Positions 9,013-16,610 of a stretch of 41,388 nt of DNA are shown one piece after another. The DNA comes from Gaiellaceae bacterium (GTDB lineage Bacteria; Actinomycetota; Thermoleophilia; Gaiellales; Gaiellaceae): the NCBI GenBank assembly GCA_035943915.1, contig DASZBP010000360.1, positions 1 through 41,388 on the forward strand, written 5' to 3'. Made by a program: the position numbers and the translations under genes. Every line of letters starts with the position of its first letter. The first letter of the stretch is position 1. The notes under the pieces are model-generated. The model was not told the origin of the DNA and ran no database searches. It saw nothing but the letters and a program-made list of their open reading frames with translations.

Positions 9013-9860
9013 AGCACAGAGGGTAGACGGTCGAGGCAGGCGCGCAGCCCGTCGCGCCAGTGCGGCAGCTCGGGTGCCCCTTTCTCGCTGCGCAGCACGG
9101 AGTACGCCGGGCGCGGTGCTTTCGCACCGAACTCGGCGGTCGTGATGCGCCGCACGCGGGTCGGCAGCCCCGCCTCTTCGAAGATCGCCTCCGCGAACTC
9201 CGCCCAGGTGCAGTCCCCGCCGGCAGCGACGTGGTAGACGCCGTACGGCATGCCCAGCAGCAGGTCGGTCGCCTCCGCGAGGTGGCCGACGAACGTCGGC
9301 GACCCGCGCTGGTCGTCGACGACTGCGACCTCGTCGCGCTCCGCGCCGAGCCTGAGCATCGTCAGCAGGAAGTTCGTGGACGTCCAGCCGAACAGCCACG
9401 ACGACCGGACGATCCAGGCACGGTCGCCCGCCGCGGCCTCGCCGTGCAGCTTCGACCGCCCGTACGCGCCGAGCGGCGACGTCGGGTCGGACTCGACGTA
9501 CGGCGACCCTTTCGTGCCGTCGAAGACGTAGTCGGTCGAGAAGGCGACGAGGGGTGCGCCGAGCTCCGCCGCATGCAGCGTGCCGCCGACGTTGACCGCG
9601 GCCGCGCCCTGCGGATCGTCCTCCGCACCGTCGACGTCCGTCCATGCGGCGGCATGCAGCACGAGGTCGGCTTCGAGACCGGCGGGGGCCGGGTGCTCGA
9701 CGTCCCAGTCCGCGCGCGTCAGCCCGCGCGCGCCGGGGAACGCGTCGACCAGTGCGTGCCCGAGCTGCCCGCCGGCGCCCGTGACGACTACGTTCGGTCG
9801 CGTTCCGAGAGGATCGGGTTCTGGGTGCTCCACAGATGCGCGACGCGCGGGTCGTTCCAC
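9009..9860 (-). CDS. rmlD: dTDP-4-dehydrorhamnose reductase
   Basis: VVVTGAGGQLG Rossmann and YGRSKL motifs. Start uncertain: GTG 9860 or GTG 9833, and both overlap the rmlC 3' end. Confidence 0.85.
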   Translation of the reverse strand: MERPARRASVEHPEPDPLGTRPNVVVTGAGGQLGHALVDAFPGARGLTRADWDVEHPAPAGLEADLVLHAAAWTDVDGAEDDPQGAAAVNVGGTLHAAELGAPLVAFSTDYVFDGTKGSPYVESDPTSPLGAYGRSKLHGEAAAGDRAWIVRSSWLFGWTSTNFLLTMLRLGAERDEVAVVDDQRGSPTFVGHLAEATDLLLGMPYGVYHVAAGGDCTWAEFAEAIFEEAGLPTRVRRITTAEFGAKAPRPAYSVLRSEKGAPELPHWRDGLRACLDRLPSVL

Positions 9861-10312
9861 GGGACACCGTGCTCGTCCGGGTCGGCCGCGTCGTACTCCT
9901 CGGTGACGAAGTAACAGAAGAGACAGTCGGTGAGCGCCTCGTAGCCGTGCGCGTTCGTGCCCGTCACGTAGAGCGCGACGGGGTTGTCCTCACCGATGTC
10001 CTCGGTGAACACCTCGCCCGTTTCGCGGTCGAGGACGACGACGCGCACCATGCCTTCGAGGCAGACGAAGAGATCGTCCTGCCCGCGCTCGTGGTAATGC
10101 AGCGCGCGGATCACGCCCTGCTTCGAGCGCGCGAGGTTCGCCTGGCGCACGGGCTTCGGCACCGCGCTCGCGCGCATCAGCTCCATGAACCAGCCGCGCT
10201 CGTCGTCGAACCGGCGCAGCGGAATACGCGTGACTATTTGTTCGCTCCCGTCTGCTCGATCAGGCGCCCGACCTCGGCGAGATCGGCCCAGTGCTTGCCG
10301 CCGTCGTGCCAC
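9788..10312 (-). CDS. rmlC: dTDP-4-dehydrorhamnose 3,5-epimerase (cupin)
   Basis: FDDERGWFMEL and RALHYH motifs. Start uncertain: GTG 10312 overlaps rmlA by 79 nt, and no ATG/GTG/TTG lies between it and the conserved core. Confidence 0.82.
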   Translation of the reverse strand: MARRRQALGRSRRGRAPDRADGSEQIVTRIPLRRFDDERGWFMELMRASAVPKPVRQANLARSKQGVIRALHYHERGQDDLFVCLEGMVRVVVLDRETGEVFTEDIGEDNPVALYVTGTNAHGYEALTDCLFCYFVTEEYDAADPDEHGVPWNDPRVAHLWSTQNPILSERDRT

Positions 10313-11001
10313 CAGCCTTCGAGACGGTGCACTGCGAGCTCGCCGCGCTCAGCGTACGCGCGGTTGACGTCGGTGATCTCGAGCTCGCCGCGATTGGACG
10401 GTGCGAGCGTGTCGATGATGTCGAAGACGTCCGGCGGGTAGCAGTAGAGGCCAACGATCGCGTCATTCGAGGGCGGCTTGTCGTAGCGCATGTCGACCCA
10501 GCCGGCCTTCTCGACGATGTCGGTCACGCGGCCGCCGTCGTCGTATGCCGGGACGCCGAAGTTCTCCGGGTCCGGCACCTCGGTGACGAATACCATCGCG
10601 CCGCTCTTCCACGAGCCGATCGCGTCGACCTGCGCGTTCTCGAAGATGTTGTCGCCGAGGCAGACGACCAGCTGGTCGCCGCCTGCGAAGTCGCGCGCCA
10701 TGCCGACGACCTGCGCGATTCCGCCTGCCTCCGTCTGCACCTTGTACGTGAGGTTCACGTCAAAGAGGACATCGTCGCTCCCGCGCGCGGTGACATGTCC
10801 GCCGCCGAGCAGGTCGATGAACTGCCCTGCGTGCTGCTGGCCGGTCACGATCAGCACCTCGGTGACACCGACCCGCTGCAGCAACTGGAGTGGGTAATAG
10901 ACCATCGGCCAGCTTCCGACGGGAAGCAGGTGCTTGTTCGTGACGCGGGTCAGCTCTGCGAGCCGTGTCGCGTTCCCGCCCGCTGCGATCAGGCCCTTCA
11001 T
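10234..11001 (-). CDS. rmlA: Glucose-1-phosphate thymidylyltransferase-type sugar nucleotidyltransferase (short form)
   Basis: MKGLIAAGGNATRL (GxGxR signature) and KHLLPV. ATG 11001 in an ATGA overlap with the MFS stop. Confidence 0.85.
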   Translation of the reverse strand: MKGLIAAGGNATRLAELTRVTNKHLLPVGSWPMVYYPLQLLQRVGVTEVLIVTGQQHAGQFIDLLGGGHVTARGSDDVLFDVNLTYKVQTEAGGIAQVVGMARDFAGGDQLVVCLGDNIFENAQVDAIGSWKSGAMVFVTEVPDPENFGVPAYDDGGRVTDIVEKAGWVDMRYDKPPSNDAIVGLYCYPPDVFDIIDTLAPSNRGELEITDVNRAYAERGELAVHRLEGWWHDGGKHWADLAEVGRLIEQTGANK

Positions 11002-12209
11002 GCGGGCGATGGTACGGCACCGCGGCCGCGGGCGGCCAGCGCACCGAGCGCGCCGGCGAAGACGCCGACGGCCGCGACGCACCACCACATCTTCGCGTCG
11101 CCGTAGGCGTGCCGCACCTCGAGGCCGAGAAACGGCGTGATCGCCCACGCGACGCTGCCGACGCCGCCGAACGCTCCCATGTACGCGCCGCGGATGTCGG
11201 ACGGCGCGAGCCCCGACACCACCGCCTGAGAGGTCGGCACCCACAGCATCTCGCCCGTCACGAAGACGACGATGATCAGCGCGATCACCGGCGCGGAGCC
11301 GTCGACGTTCAGCAGCAGGAACGGCAGCCCCATCAGCGGCATCGCGAGGCCGAGCTTCACGGCAGGAGGGATTCCGGCGGCCCAGCGCGTCAGACGCAGC
11401 TGGAAGAAGGTCACCAGCAGCGGGTTGAGGATCACGATCGCGCCCCAGAGCGCGGGCGACAGGTGGTGGGTCGTCGTCGCGGAGATCGGGAACAGCGTGT
11501 CCGTCGCGAGGTACGTCATCTGCGCCGCGAGTGCGAAGACGAGGAACAGCAGGAACGGGTAGTCGCGCAGGATGACCGCGAGCGAGCCGCGCTCCGGCGG
11601 TCCCTCGGGCGCGTAGGCGCCGCGCCGCGGGATGTAGCGGAACGCGATGCCGGCGGCGATCGCCGACAGCACCAGGTTGCCGAGGAAGAGGTGCGACCAA
11701 TGCCCGCCGATGAGCAGTAGTCCGCCGATCGGCGGCCCGAGCGTGACGCCGAAGTTCGCGGCCACGCGCACCGAGGCGTACGCCGCCTCCTGGCGCTCCG
11801 GGGCGACGAGGTCGGCGATCATCGCCTGGTCGGCCGCGCCGCCGAGCGACCCGAACGCCGGCAGCCCCGCGAGCAGCGCGAGCCCGAGATAGACGTGGTG
11901 GCCGACGAACAGCAGCCCGAGCGGGAACAGGAGCTCCGTTCCCCAGCCGATCAGGATCAGCGGACGGCGGCCGACCTTGTCCGACCAGTGGCCGCCGACG
12001 TAGCCGGTGACGACCGACAGGATCGCGCCGACGAGATATGCGAGCGCGAGCCGCGACTGGCCGGCATGCAGCTGCTTGATCGCCCAGATCCCCAGGAAGA
12101 CGAACACCGAGGACCCGGCGACCGAGCCGGCGAAGCTGACGGCGAGCACCGGCCGCAGGGCGCGGTCGACGTCGCCGCCCCAGACGAGGCGGAAGAGGCG
12201 GGAGAGCAC
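10998..12209 (-). CDS. MFS transporter
   Basis: 403 aa, about 12 hydrophobic segments. DKVGRRP loop motif between TM2 and TM3. GTG start. Confidence 0.85.
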   Translation of the reverse strand: MLSRLFRLVWGGDVDRALRPVLAVSFAGSVAGSSVFVFLGIWAIKQLHAGQSRLALAYLVGAILSVVTGYVGGHWSDKVGRRPLILIGWGTELLFPLGLLFVGHHVYLGLALLAGLPAFGSLGGAADQAMIADLVAPERQEAAYASVRVAANFGVTLGPPIGGLLLIGGHWSHLFLGNLVLSAIAAGIAFRYIPRRGAYAPEGPPERGSLAVILRDYPFLLFLVFALAAQMTYLATDTLFPISATTTHHLSPALWGAIVILNPLLVTFFQLRLTRWAAGIPPAVKLGLAMPLMGLPFLLLNVDGSAPVIALIIVVFVTGEMLWVPTSQAVVSGLAPSDIRGAYMGAFGGVGSVAWAITPFLGLEVRHAYGDAKMWWCVAAVGVFAGALGALAARGRGAVPSPA

Positions 12210-12343
12210 CCGCCCGAGGCTAGTGAACCGGCAGCAGCAGGACGAGCGTGCCGAGCGAGCCGATGAGGACTGCGAGGTAACGCATGAATCAAATGGTGCG
12301 GGCCGTTCCTAAGCGTTCGATGTCAGCGCTGTTGAGAATTCGT

Positions 12344-12349
12344 TAGCTT
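12344..12349 (+). promoter_or_regulatory. Candidate -10 hexamer TAGCTT, 6 nt upstream of ATG 12356 (leaderless candidate), inside the only AT-rich patch of the window
   Basis: TANNNT match. The 12280-12355 region is visibly less GC-rich and is the 146-nt divergent intergenic region between the MFS and citE-like genes. Confidence 0.35.
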
Positions 12350-12355
12350 CGTCAC

Positions 12356-13132
12356 ATGATTCGCAAGCGGCGTTCCTGCTTGACGGTTCCGGGAGACGAC
12401 CCGAAGAAGCTGGCGAAGGCGGCCGCGCTGGAGCCGGACGAGGTGATCCTCGACCTCGAGGACGCCGTCGCCGCCGAGCGCAAGGACGAGGCCCGCGACC
12501 TCGTCGCGCGGGCGCTGCGGGAGCACGACTGGCGGGCCGGCACCGTCGCAGTACGCGTGAACCCCGGCTCAGCCGACGACCTCGCGATGGTCCGCGAGGC
12601 GAAGCCGGATGTGGTCGTGCTGCCGAAGGTCGAGTCGCCGGACGACGTGCCGGCCGGGCTCGCGGCGGAGGCGCAGATCGAGACGGCGCGCGGGCTCGCC
12701 TTCTGCGAGCAGATCGCCGGGGCGCCGGGCCTCGAGGCGCTGGTGCTCGGCCCGGGCGATCTCGCGGCGTCGCTCGGCGTGCCCGAGCTGACAATCGGCG
12801 CGGGTGCTCACGTGGAGTACGCGCTCGCGCGCATCGCCGTCGCGGCGCGCGCATTTGGCCTGCAGGTCGTCGACGGCCCATACGTCGTGCTCGACGACGA
12901 GCAAGGGCTGCGCGCGTCGGTGCGCAGGTCGCGCGGCTTCGGCTACGACGGCAAGTGGTGCATCCACCCGGCGCAGGTCGCTGCGTGCAACGAGATCTAC
13001 GCGCCGACGGCGGCAGAGCTCGAACGCGCGCATCGCATCCTCGCGTCGAGCGGGGTCGCGCGCCTCGACGGCGAGATGGTGGACGAGGCTAGCCGCCGGA
13101 TGGCAGAGGCGATCGTCGCTCGCGCCGGCTGA
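12356..13132 (+). CDS. HpcH/HpaI aldolase / citrate lyase beta-subunit-like (CitE family, acyl-CoA lyase)
   Basis: 258 aa. SCLTVPGDDPKK, ILDLEDAV, and C-terminal GKWCIHPAQV are typical of CitE-like lyases. Confidence 0.85.
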   Translation: MIRKRRSCLTVPGDDPKKLAKAAALEPDEVILDLEDAVAAERKDEARDLVARALREHDWRAGTVAVRVNPGSADDLAMVREAKPDVVVLPKVESPDDVPAGLAAEAQIETARGLAFCEQIAGAPGLEALVLGPGDLAASLGVPELTIGAGAHVEYALARIAVAARAFGLQVVDGPYVVLDDEQGLRASVRRSRGFGYDGKWCIHPAQVAACNEIYAPTAAELERAHRILASSGVARLDGEMVDEASRRMAEAIVARAG

Positions 13133-14009
13133 GCGCAAAGCCGAGCGCCACGAACACGAATCCGAGCGCCGCGCAGACGAGCGGCGGCACCCATGCCCGC
13201 GGCTCGGCAGACGTCGGGGTGCCCGCCTGGCCCGGGAGGAACGCGCCGACGACCGGCACGTGGCTCCGCGACCACACGGACGCGAACCGGGTCGCGGCGG
13301 CAGCAAGGCCGATCGCGCCGAAGACGGCCCAGCTCGAGCGGGCGGTCGCGCCGGCAACCCGGATGAATACGAGCCCCCCGATTGCGACGAAAATCCAGTG
13401 CCAGGTGCCCGCGTGCCACCAGTAGAGCAGTGCGCCGCCCAGAGTCGCTCCCGAGACGACGTGGACCCAGAAGCCGTACGGACGCCTCGGGCCACGGTCG
13501 AGCGTCACGCCCACGAGCAGCAACACGAAGCCGGTGAACGCGGTCACGAATGCCGTCCAGTTGCCGCCACCCGAGATCAGGTCGGTCGCGAAGAACCACG
13601 CGAGGAACGTGACCGGATAGGCGAGCAGCGGGTGCCGGAAGCGGTGGATCAGCGCAACCGCGAAGAGCAGGATGAGGAGGGTCGCCCCGAGCCTTCCAAC
13701 GTTGAAGCCGCCGAAGGGAGACCCGCCGATGCCCCAGCCGAACCATTTCCACAGTGCGCCGACGAAGCCGCCGAAGGCGCCCACCGCGACAAACGCGAAC
13801 ACGCCCGCCGCAAGCCGACTGTGCCGTCGCGCTACGACGGCGAGCCCGAGCAGGCCCGCGAGGACGAGCAATGACCACGCGACGTAGGCCGCGTCGCCGT
13901 ACTGCGACGAGAGGTAGACGAGCGCGTAGGAGGCGGCCGAACCGACCGTCAGCGCACCCGCATAGACGAGGAACGACGAGCTCGACCAGCGCGGCTTGAC
14001 GATCTCCAT
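13089..14009 (-). CDS. Polytopic integral membrane protein, unknown family
   Basis: MEIVKPRWSS start at ATG 14009. About 9-10 hydrophobic helices rich in G/W/F. The rest of the 999-aa ORF is an out-of-frame run through the MMPL gene. Confidence 0.65.
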   Translation of the reverse strand: MEIVKPRWSSSSFLVYAGALTVGSAASYALVYLSSQYGDAAYVAWSLLVLAGLLGLAVVARRHSRLAAGVFAFVAVGAFGGFVGALWKWFGWGIGGSPFGGFNVGRLGATLLILLFAVALIHRFRHPLLAYPVTFLAWFFATDLISGGGNWTAFVTAFTGFVLLLVGVTLDRGPRRPYGFWVHVVSGATLGGALLYWWHAGTWHWIFVAIGGLVFIRVAGATARSSWAVFGAIGLAAAATRFASVWSRSHVPVVGAFLPGQAGTPTSAEPRAWVPPLVCAALGFVFVALGFALSRRERRSPLPSGG

Positions 14010-14029
14010 GCCCAGATGATCGGGTCTGG

Positions 14030-16096
14030 TCAGGACGGACTGACGCGAAGCACCCGCGCGAGCCACGGCGGCAGCCACCAGTTCCAGCGGCCGAACACCG
14101 CCATCAGGCTCGGAACCAGCAGCGACCGCACGACCGTCGCATCGAGCAGGACGGCGACCGCAAGGCCCATGCCGAACTCCTGGAGGCCGACGATCCGCCC
14201 GGCGAGGAAGCCCGAGAACGCCGCGACCATGATCACCGCGGCGGCGGTGATGATCCGCCCGGTTCGCTCGAGGCCGTGCGCGACCGCGGTCGCGTTGTCG
14301 GCACCGTTGTCCCACGCCTCTCGCATGCGCGACACGAGGAACACCTCGTAGTCCATCGAGAGGCCGAAGAGCATCGCGAAGAGGAAGATCGGGATCCACC
14401 CTTCGACCTGCGCGTCGGGGTACAGCCACGCGACGTCGTGGCCCACGTGCCAGCGAAAGATCACGACGAGCATGCCGTAGCTCGCGCCGACCGACAGCAC
14501 GTTCAGCAGCACCGCCTTCAGCGGCAGCACGACGGAACGGAACGCGCGTAGCAACACGAGATAGGTCAGCGCGAGCACTGCGAGGATGAGCCATGGGAAG
14601 TACGCGTAGGAGCGGTCGAGGAAGTCGACGCCCTGTGCAGGCGCTCCGCCGGTCAGAACGTCGGCCTGCGCCGGGAAGCGGGCCGCCGGAATGAGCTGCG
14701 AGCGCAGCCGGTGCACGAACTGCTGCGCCGCCTCGGTGCCGTAGTCGTGGCGCCCGTATGCCTCGACCAGCGTGTCGCCGTTGCTGCTGCGCGGCGGGAG
14801 TGTGCGCTCGATCTCGGGATCGCGTTGCAGCTCGGCTGACAGACGCGCGGTGGCGGCCGGTGCAGATCCGACAACGACGACGTCGATCGGCGACAGCGCC
14901 CCGGTGCCGACGGCGCCGCGCAGCACGTCGAAGCCGTGAATCGCAGGCGGCGTGCGCGGGATGCCGAACGACGAGCCCGGCGTGAGCTGGATCCAGATCG
15001 CCGGGACGGCTGCAGCAACGAGCACCGTGCCGCCGACCGCGAGGTACAGGAGCGGACGGCGCATGATCGACGCGGCGAGGCGAGCCCAGAAGCCGGCGCG
15101 CACGGGCACGGCGAAGCGCGCGGCGACACCACGAGGCCCGTACAGCGAAAGCAGCGTCGGCTGCAGCGTCAGGGCCGCGAGCACCGACATCACGGGGATC
15201 AGGAAACCGGCCACTCCCATCATCCGCATGAACGGGACCGGTACCGCGATCAACGCGATCAGGCCGATCGTCACCGTCGCGCCGGAGAAGATGATCGCGC
15301 GGCCCGACGTACGCATCGTCTCGACGATGGCGTCGTCCTTGTCGAGGCCGCGCGCGAGCTCCTCGCGAAAACGGTGGACGACGAGCAGCGAGTAGTCGAT
15401 CGCGATGCCGAGACCGACGAGCTCGATCAGGTTCGTCACGTATGTCGGCGTCGCGATCGCGCGCGCGACCCAGTACATGACGCCGAGCGACGCGGTGATC
15501 GTGCAGGCGGCGAACACGAACGGCATCGTCACCGCGGCGGAGAACCCGAACACGGCGAGCAGAACGAGCAGCGCGATCGGCACGGCGATCGACTCGCCCT
15601 TGCGCAGATCGGCCGCGAAGATCGGGTCGAGGTCGCTCTGGATCGCGGCGCCGCCGGTGACGTACGCGTGCTCGACGCCGGGCGGCGTACCCAGCAGCCG
15701 CTGCAGCGCCGGGGTCGCGCGCTTCGCGTGCGAGAGGTCGAGCGGCGTCTCGATCAGCCCGAACGCCACGCCTGCCGAAGCCGCCTCGACCGGGGTGGCG
15801 CGGCCGCCGACCCGCCGGGCCGCGCGCGCGGCGACGAGGTCGAGGCGGGCGAGCAGCGCGCTGTCCCGCGCATGCCTCGCCTGGAACACGAGGGTGAACG
15901 TGCCCTCCGGCTTCTCGCCGAACGCATGCGCCAGCGCGGTTCGGGCGCGAGCGGACGGGGTGCCCGGCACGCTGAAGTTGTTCGACAGCAGCGGCGCGAT
16001 GCGCACCGTGGCGATGCCTCCGAGCACCAGGACGACGAGCCACACGAGCAGCACGACGCGGCGGTGCCGGAGGACGAAGCGCGTCCACTGCTCCAT
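14030..16096 (-). CDS. MMPL family (RND superfamily) transporter
   Basis: 688 aa from MEQWTRFVLRHRRVVLLVWL. Two 6-TM bundles each preceded by a soluble loop. LGIAIDYSLL and GLSMDYEVFLVSRMRE motifs. Confidence 0.88.
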   Translation of the reverse strand: MEQWTRFVLRHRRVVLLVWLVVLVLGGIATVRIAPLLSNNFSVPGTPSARARTALAHAFGEKPEGTFTLVFQARHARDSALLARLDLVAARAARRVGGRATPVEAASAGVAFGLIETPLDLSHAKRATPALQRLLGTPPGVEHAYVTGGAAIQSDLDPIFAADLRKGESIAVPIALLVLLAVFGFSAAVTMPFVFAACTITASLGVMYWVARAIATPTYVTNLIELVGLGIAIDYSLLVVHRFREELARGLDKDDAIVETMRTSGRAIIFSGATVTIGLIALIAVPVPFMRMMGVAGFLIPVMSVLAALTLQPTLLSLYGPRGVAARFAVPVRAGFWARLAASIMRRPLLYLAVGGTVLVAAAVPAIWIQLTPGSSFGIPRTPPAIHGFDVLRGAVGTGALSPIDVVVVGSAPAATARLSAELQRDPEIERTLPPRSSNGDTLVEAYGRHDYGTEAAQQFVHRLRSQLIPAARFPAQADVLTGGAPAQGVDFLDRSYAYFPWLILAVLALTYLVLLRAFRSVVLPLKAVLLNVLSVGASYGMLVVIFRWHVGHDVAWLYPDAQVEGWIPIFLFAMLFGLSMDYEVFLVSRMREAWDNGADNATAVAHGLERTGRIITAAAVIMVAAFSGFLAGRIVGLQEFGMGLAVAVLLDATVVRSLLVPSLMAVFGRWNWWLPPWLARVLRVSPS

Positions 16097-16103
16097 GTTT
16101 GCA

Positions 16104-16109
16104 ACGCTA
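16104..16109 (-). promoter_or_regulatory. Candidate -10 hexamer TAGCGT (minus strand), 7 nt upstream of the MMPL ATG at 16096
   Basis: TANNNT match. MMPL and hsp20 start codons are only 18 nt apart. Confidence 0.3.
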
Positions 16110-16114
16110 TCGGC

Positions 16115-16543
16115 ATGTCGAAGCGTGACCGCCTGCCCGAGGAGATCGAGGAGCTGTTCGCCGAGCTGTGGCAGGTGCCGCGCTTCGCGGGGCTGCGCCA
16201 CGGATTCCGGCCGAACGTCGACTGCTTCCACACGGACGACCCGCACTCGCTCACCGTCGTCGTCGAGGTTCCCGGTGTCGACCCGTCGACCTTGCAGGTG
16301 ATCGCCGCCGACCGGATGCTGGTCGTCGTTGGCGAGCGGAAGCGTCCGCAAGGCCCGCCGCGCGTCTACCAGCAGATGGAGATCGACTACGGCCCGTTCC
16401 GCCGCCAGATCCGGCTCGCGGAGGACGTCGACCCGTCCCGCGCGAAGGCGCAGTACGAGCACGGCATCCTCACCGTCGAGCTGCCCGTCGTCGAGCAGGC
16501 TGCGCCGACCGGGCGCATCACGATCAGGATCGAGTGCGGTTGA
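16115..16543 (+). CDS. Hsp20/alpha-crystallin family small heat-shock protein
   Basis: 142 aa. ACD pattern (LTVVVEVPGVDPSTLQV ... GILTVELP). Confidence 0.85.
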   Translation: MSKRDRLPEEIEELFAELWQVPRFAGLRHGFRPNVDCFHTDDPHSLTVVVEVPGVDPSTLQVIAADRMLVVVGERKRPQGPPRVYQQMEIDYGPFRRQIRLAEDVDPSRAKAQYEHGILTVELPVVEQAAPTGRITIRIECG

Positions 16544-16581
16544 CGAGCCGTAGGCTTGATGGAGGCTCGCAGGTAGCGGAG

Positions 16582-16600
16582 GCGCCGGCTTTGCCGGCGT
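16582..16600 (+). terminator. Short GC hairpin between hsp20 and lon (7-8 bp stem, TTT loop)
   Basis: GCGCCGGC ttt GCCGGCGT. No U-tract. Could be a partial terminator or processing site. Confidence 0.3.
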
Positions 16601-16610
16601 CGGAGCGGAA

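Noticed and set aside
6427-9237. 936-aa plus-strand ORF.
   Set aside because: It is antisense to the SpoIID-like, rmlB and rmlD genes. Its composition is Arg/Asp/Gly-rich with no motifs. Long shadow ORFs of this kind are typical of 70% GC DNA.
12284-12346. 20-codon ORF (MNQMVRAVPKRSMSALLRIR) in the AT-rich divergent region.
   Set aside because: Its codon usage is AT-ending, unlike every real gene here, and it has no RBS. The region is more plausibly promoter DNA.
12309-12881. 190-aa Arg/Pro-rich minus-strand ORF.
   Set aside because: It is antisense to the well-supported CitE-like gene and has a low-complexity composition.
13089-16088. 999-aa minus-strand ORF, and the 535-aa plus-strand ORF at 14936-16543.
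   Set aside because: Only the terminal parts are real genes: the membrane protein at 13089-14009 and hsp20 at 16115-16543. The rest overlaps the MMPL gene out of frame or antisense and is Arg-rich.
16544-16610. Heat-shock operator (HAIR CTTGAGT-N7-ACTCAAG or CIRCE) upstream of hsp20 and lon.
   Set aside because: Only a single half-site-like CTTGAT is present, with no matching inverted partner. No CIRCE-like sequence was seen.
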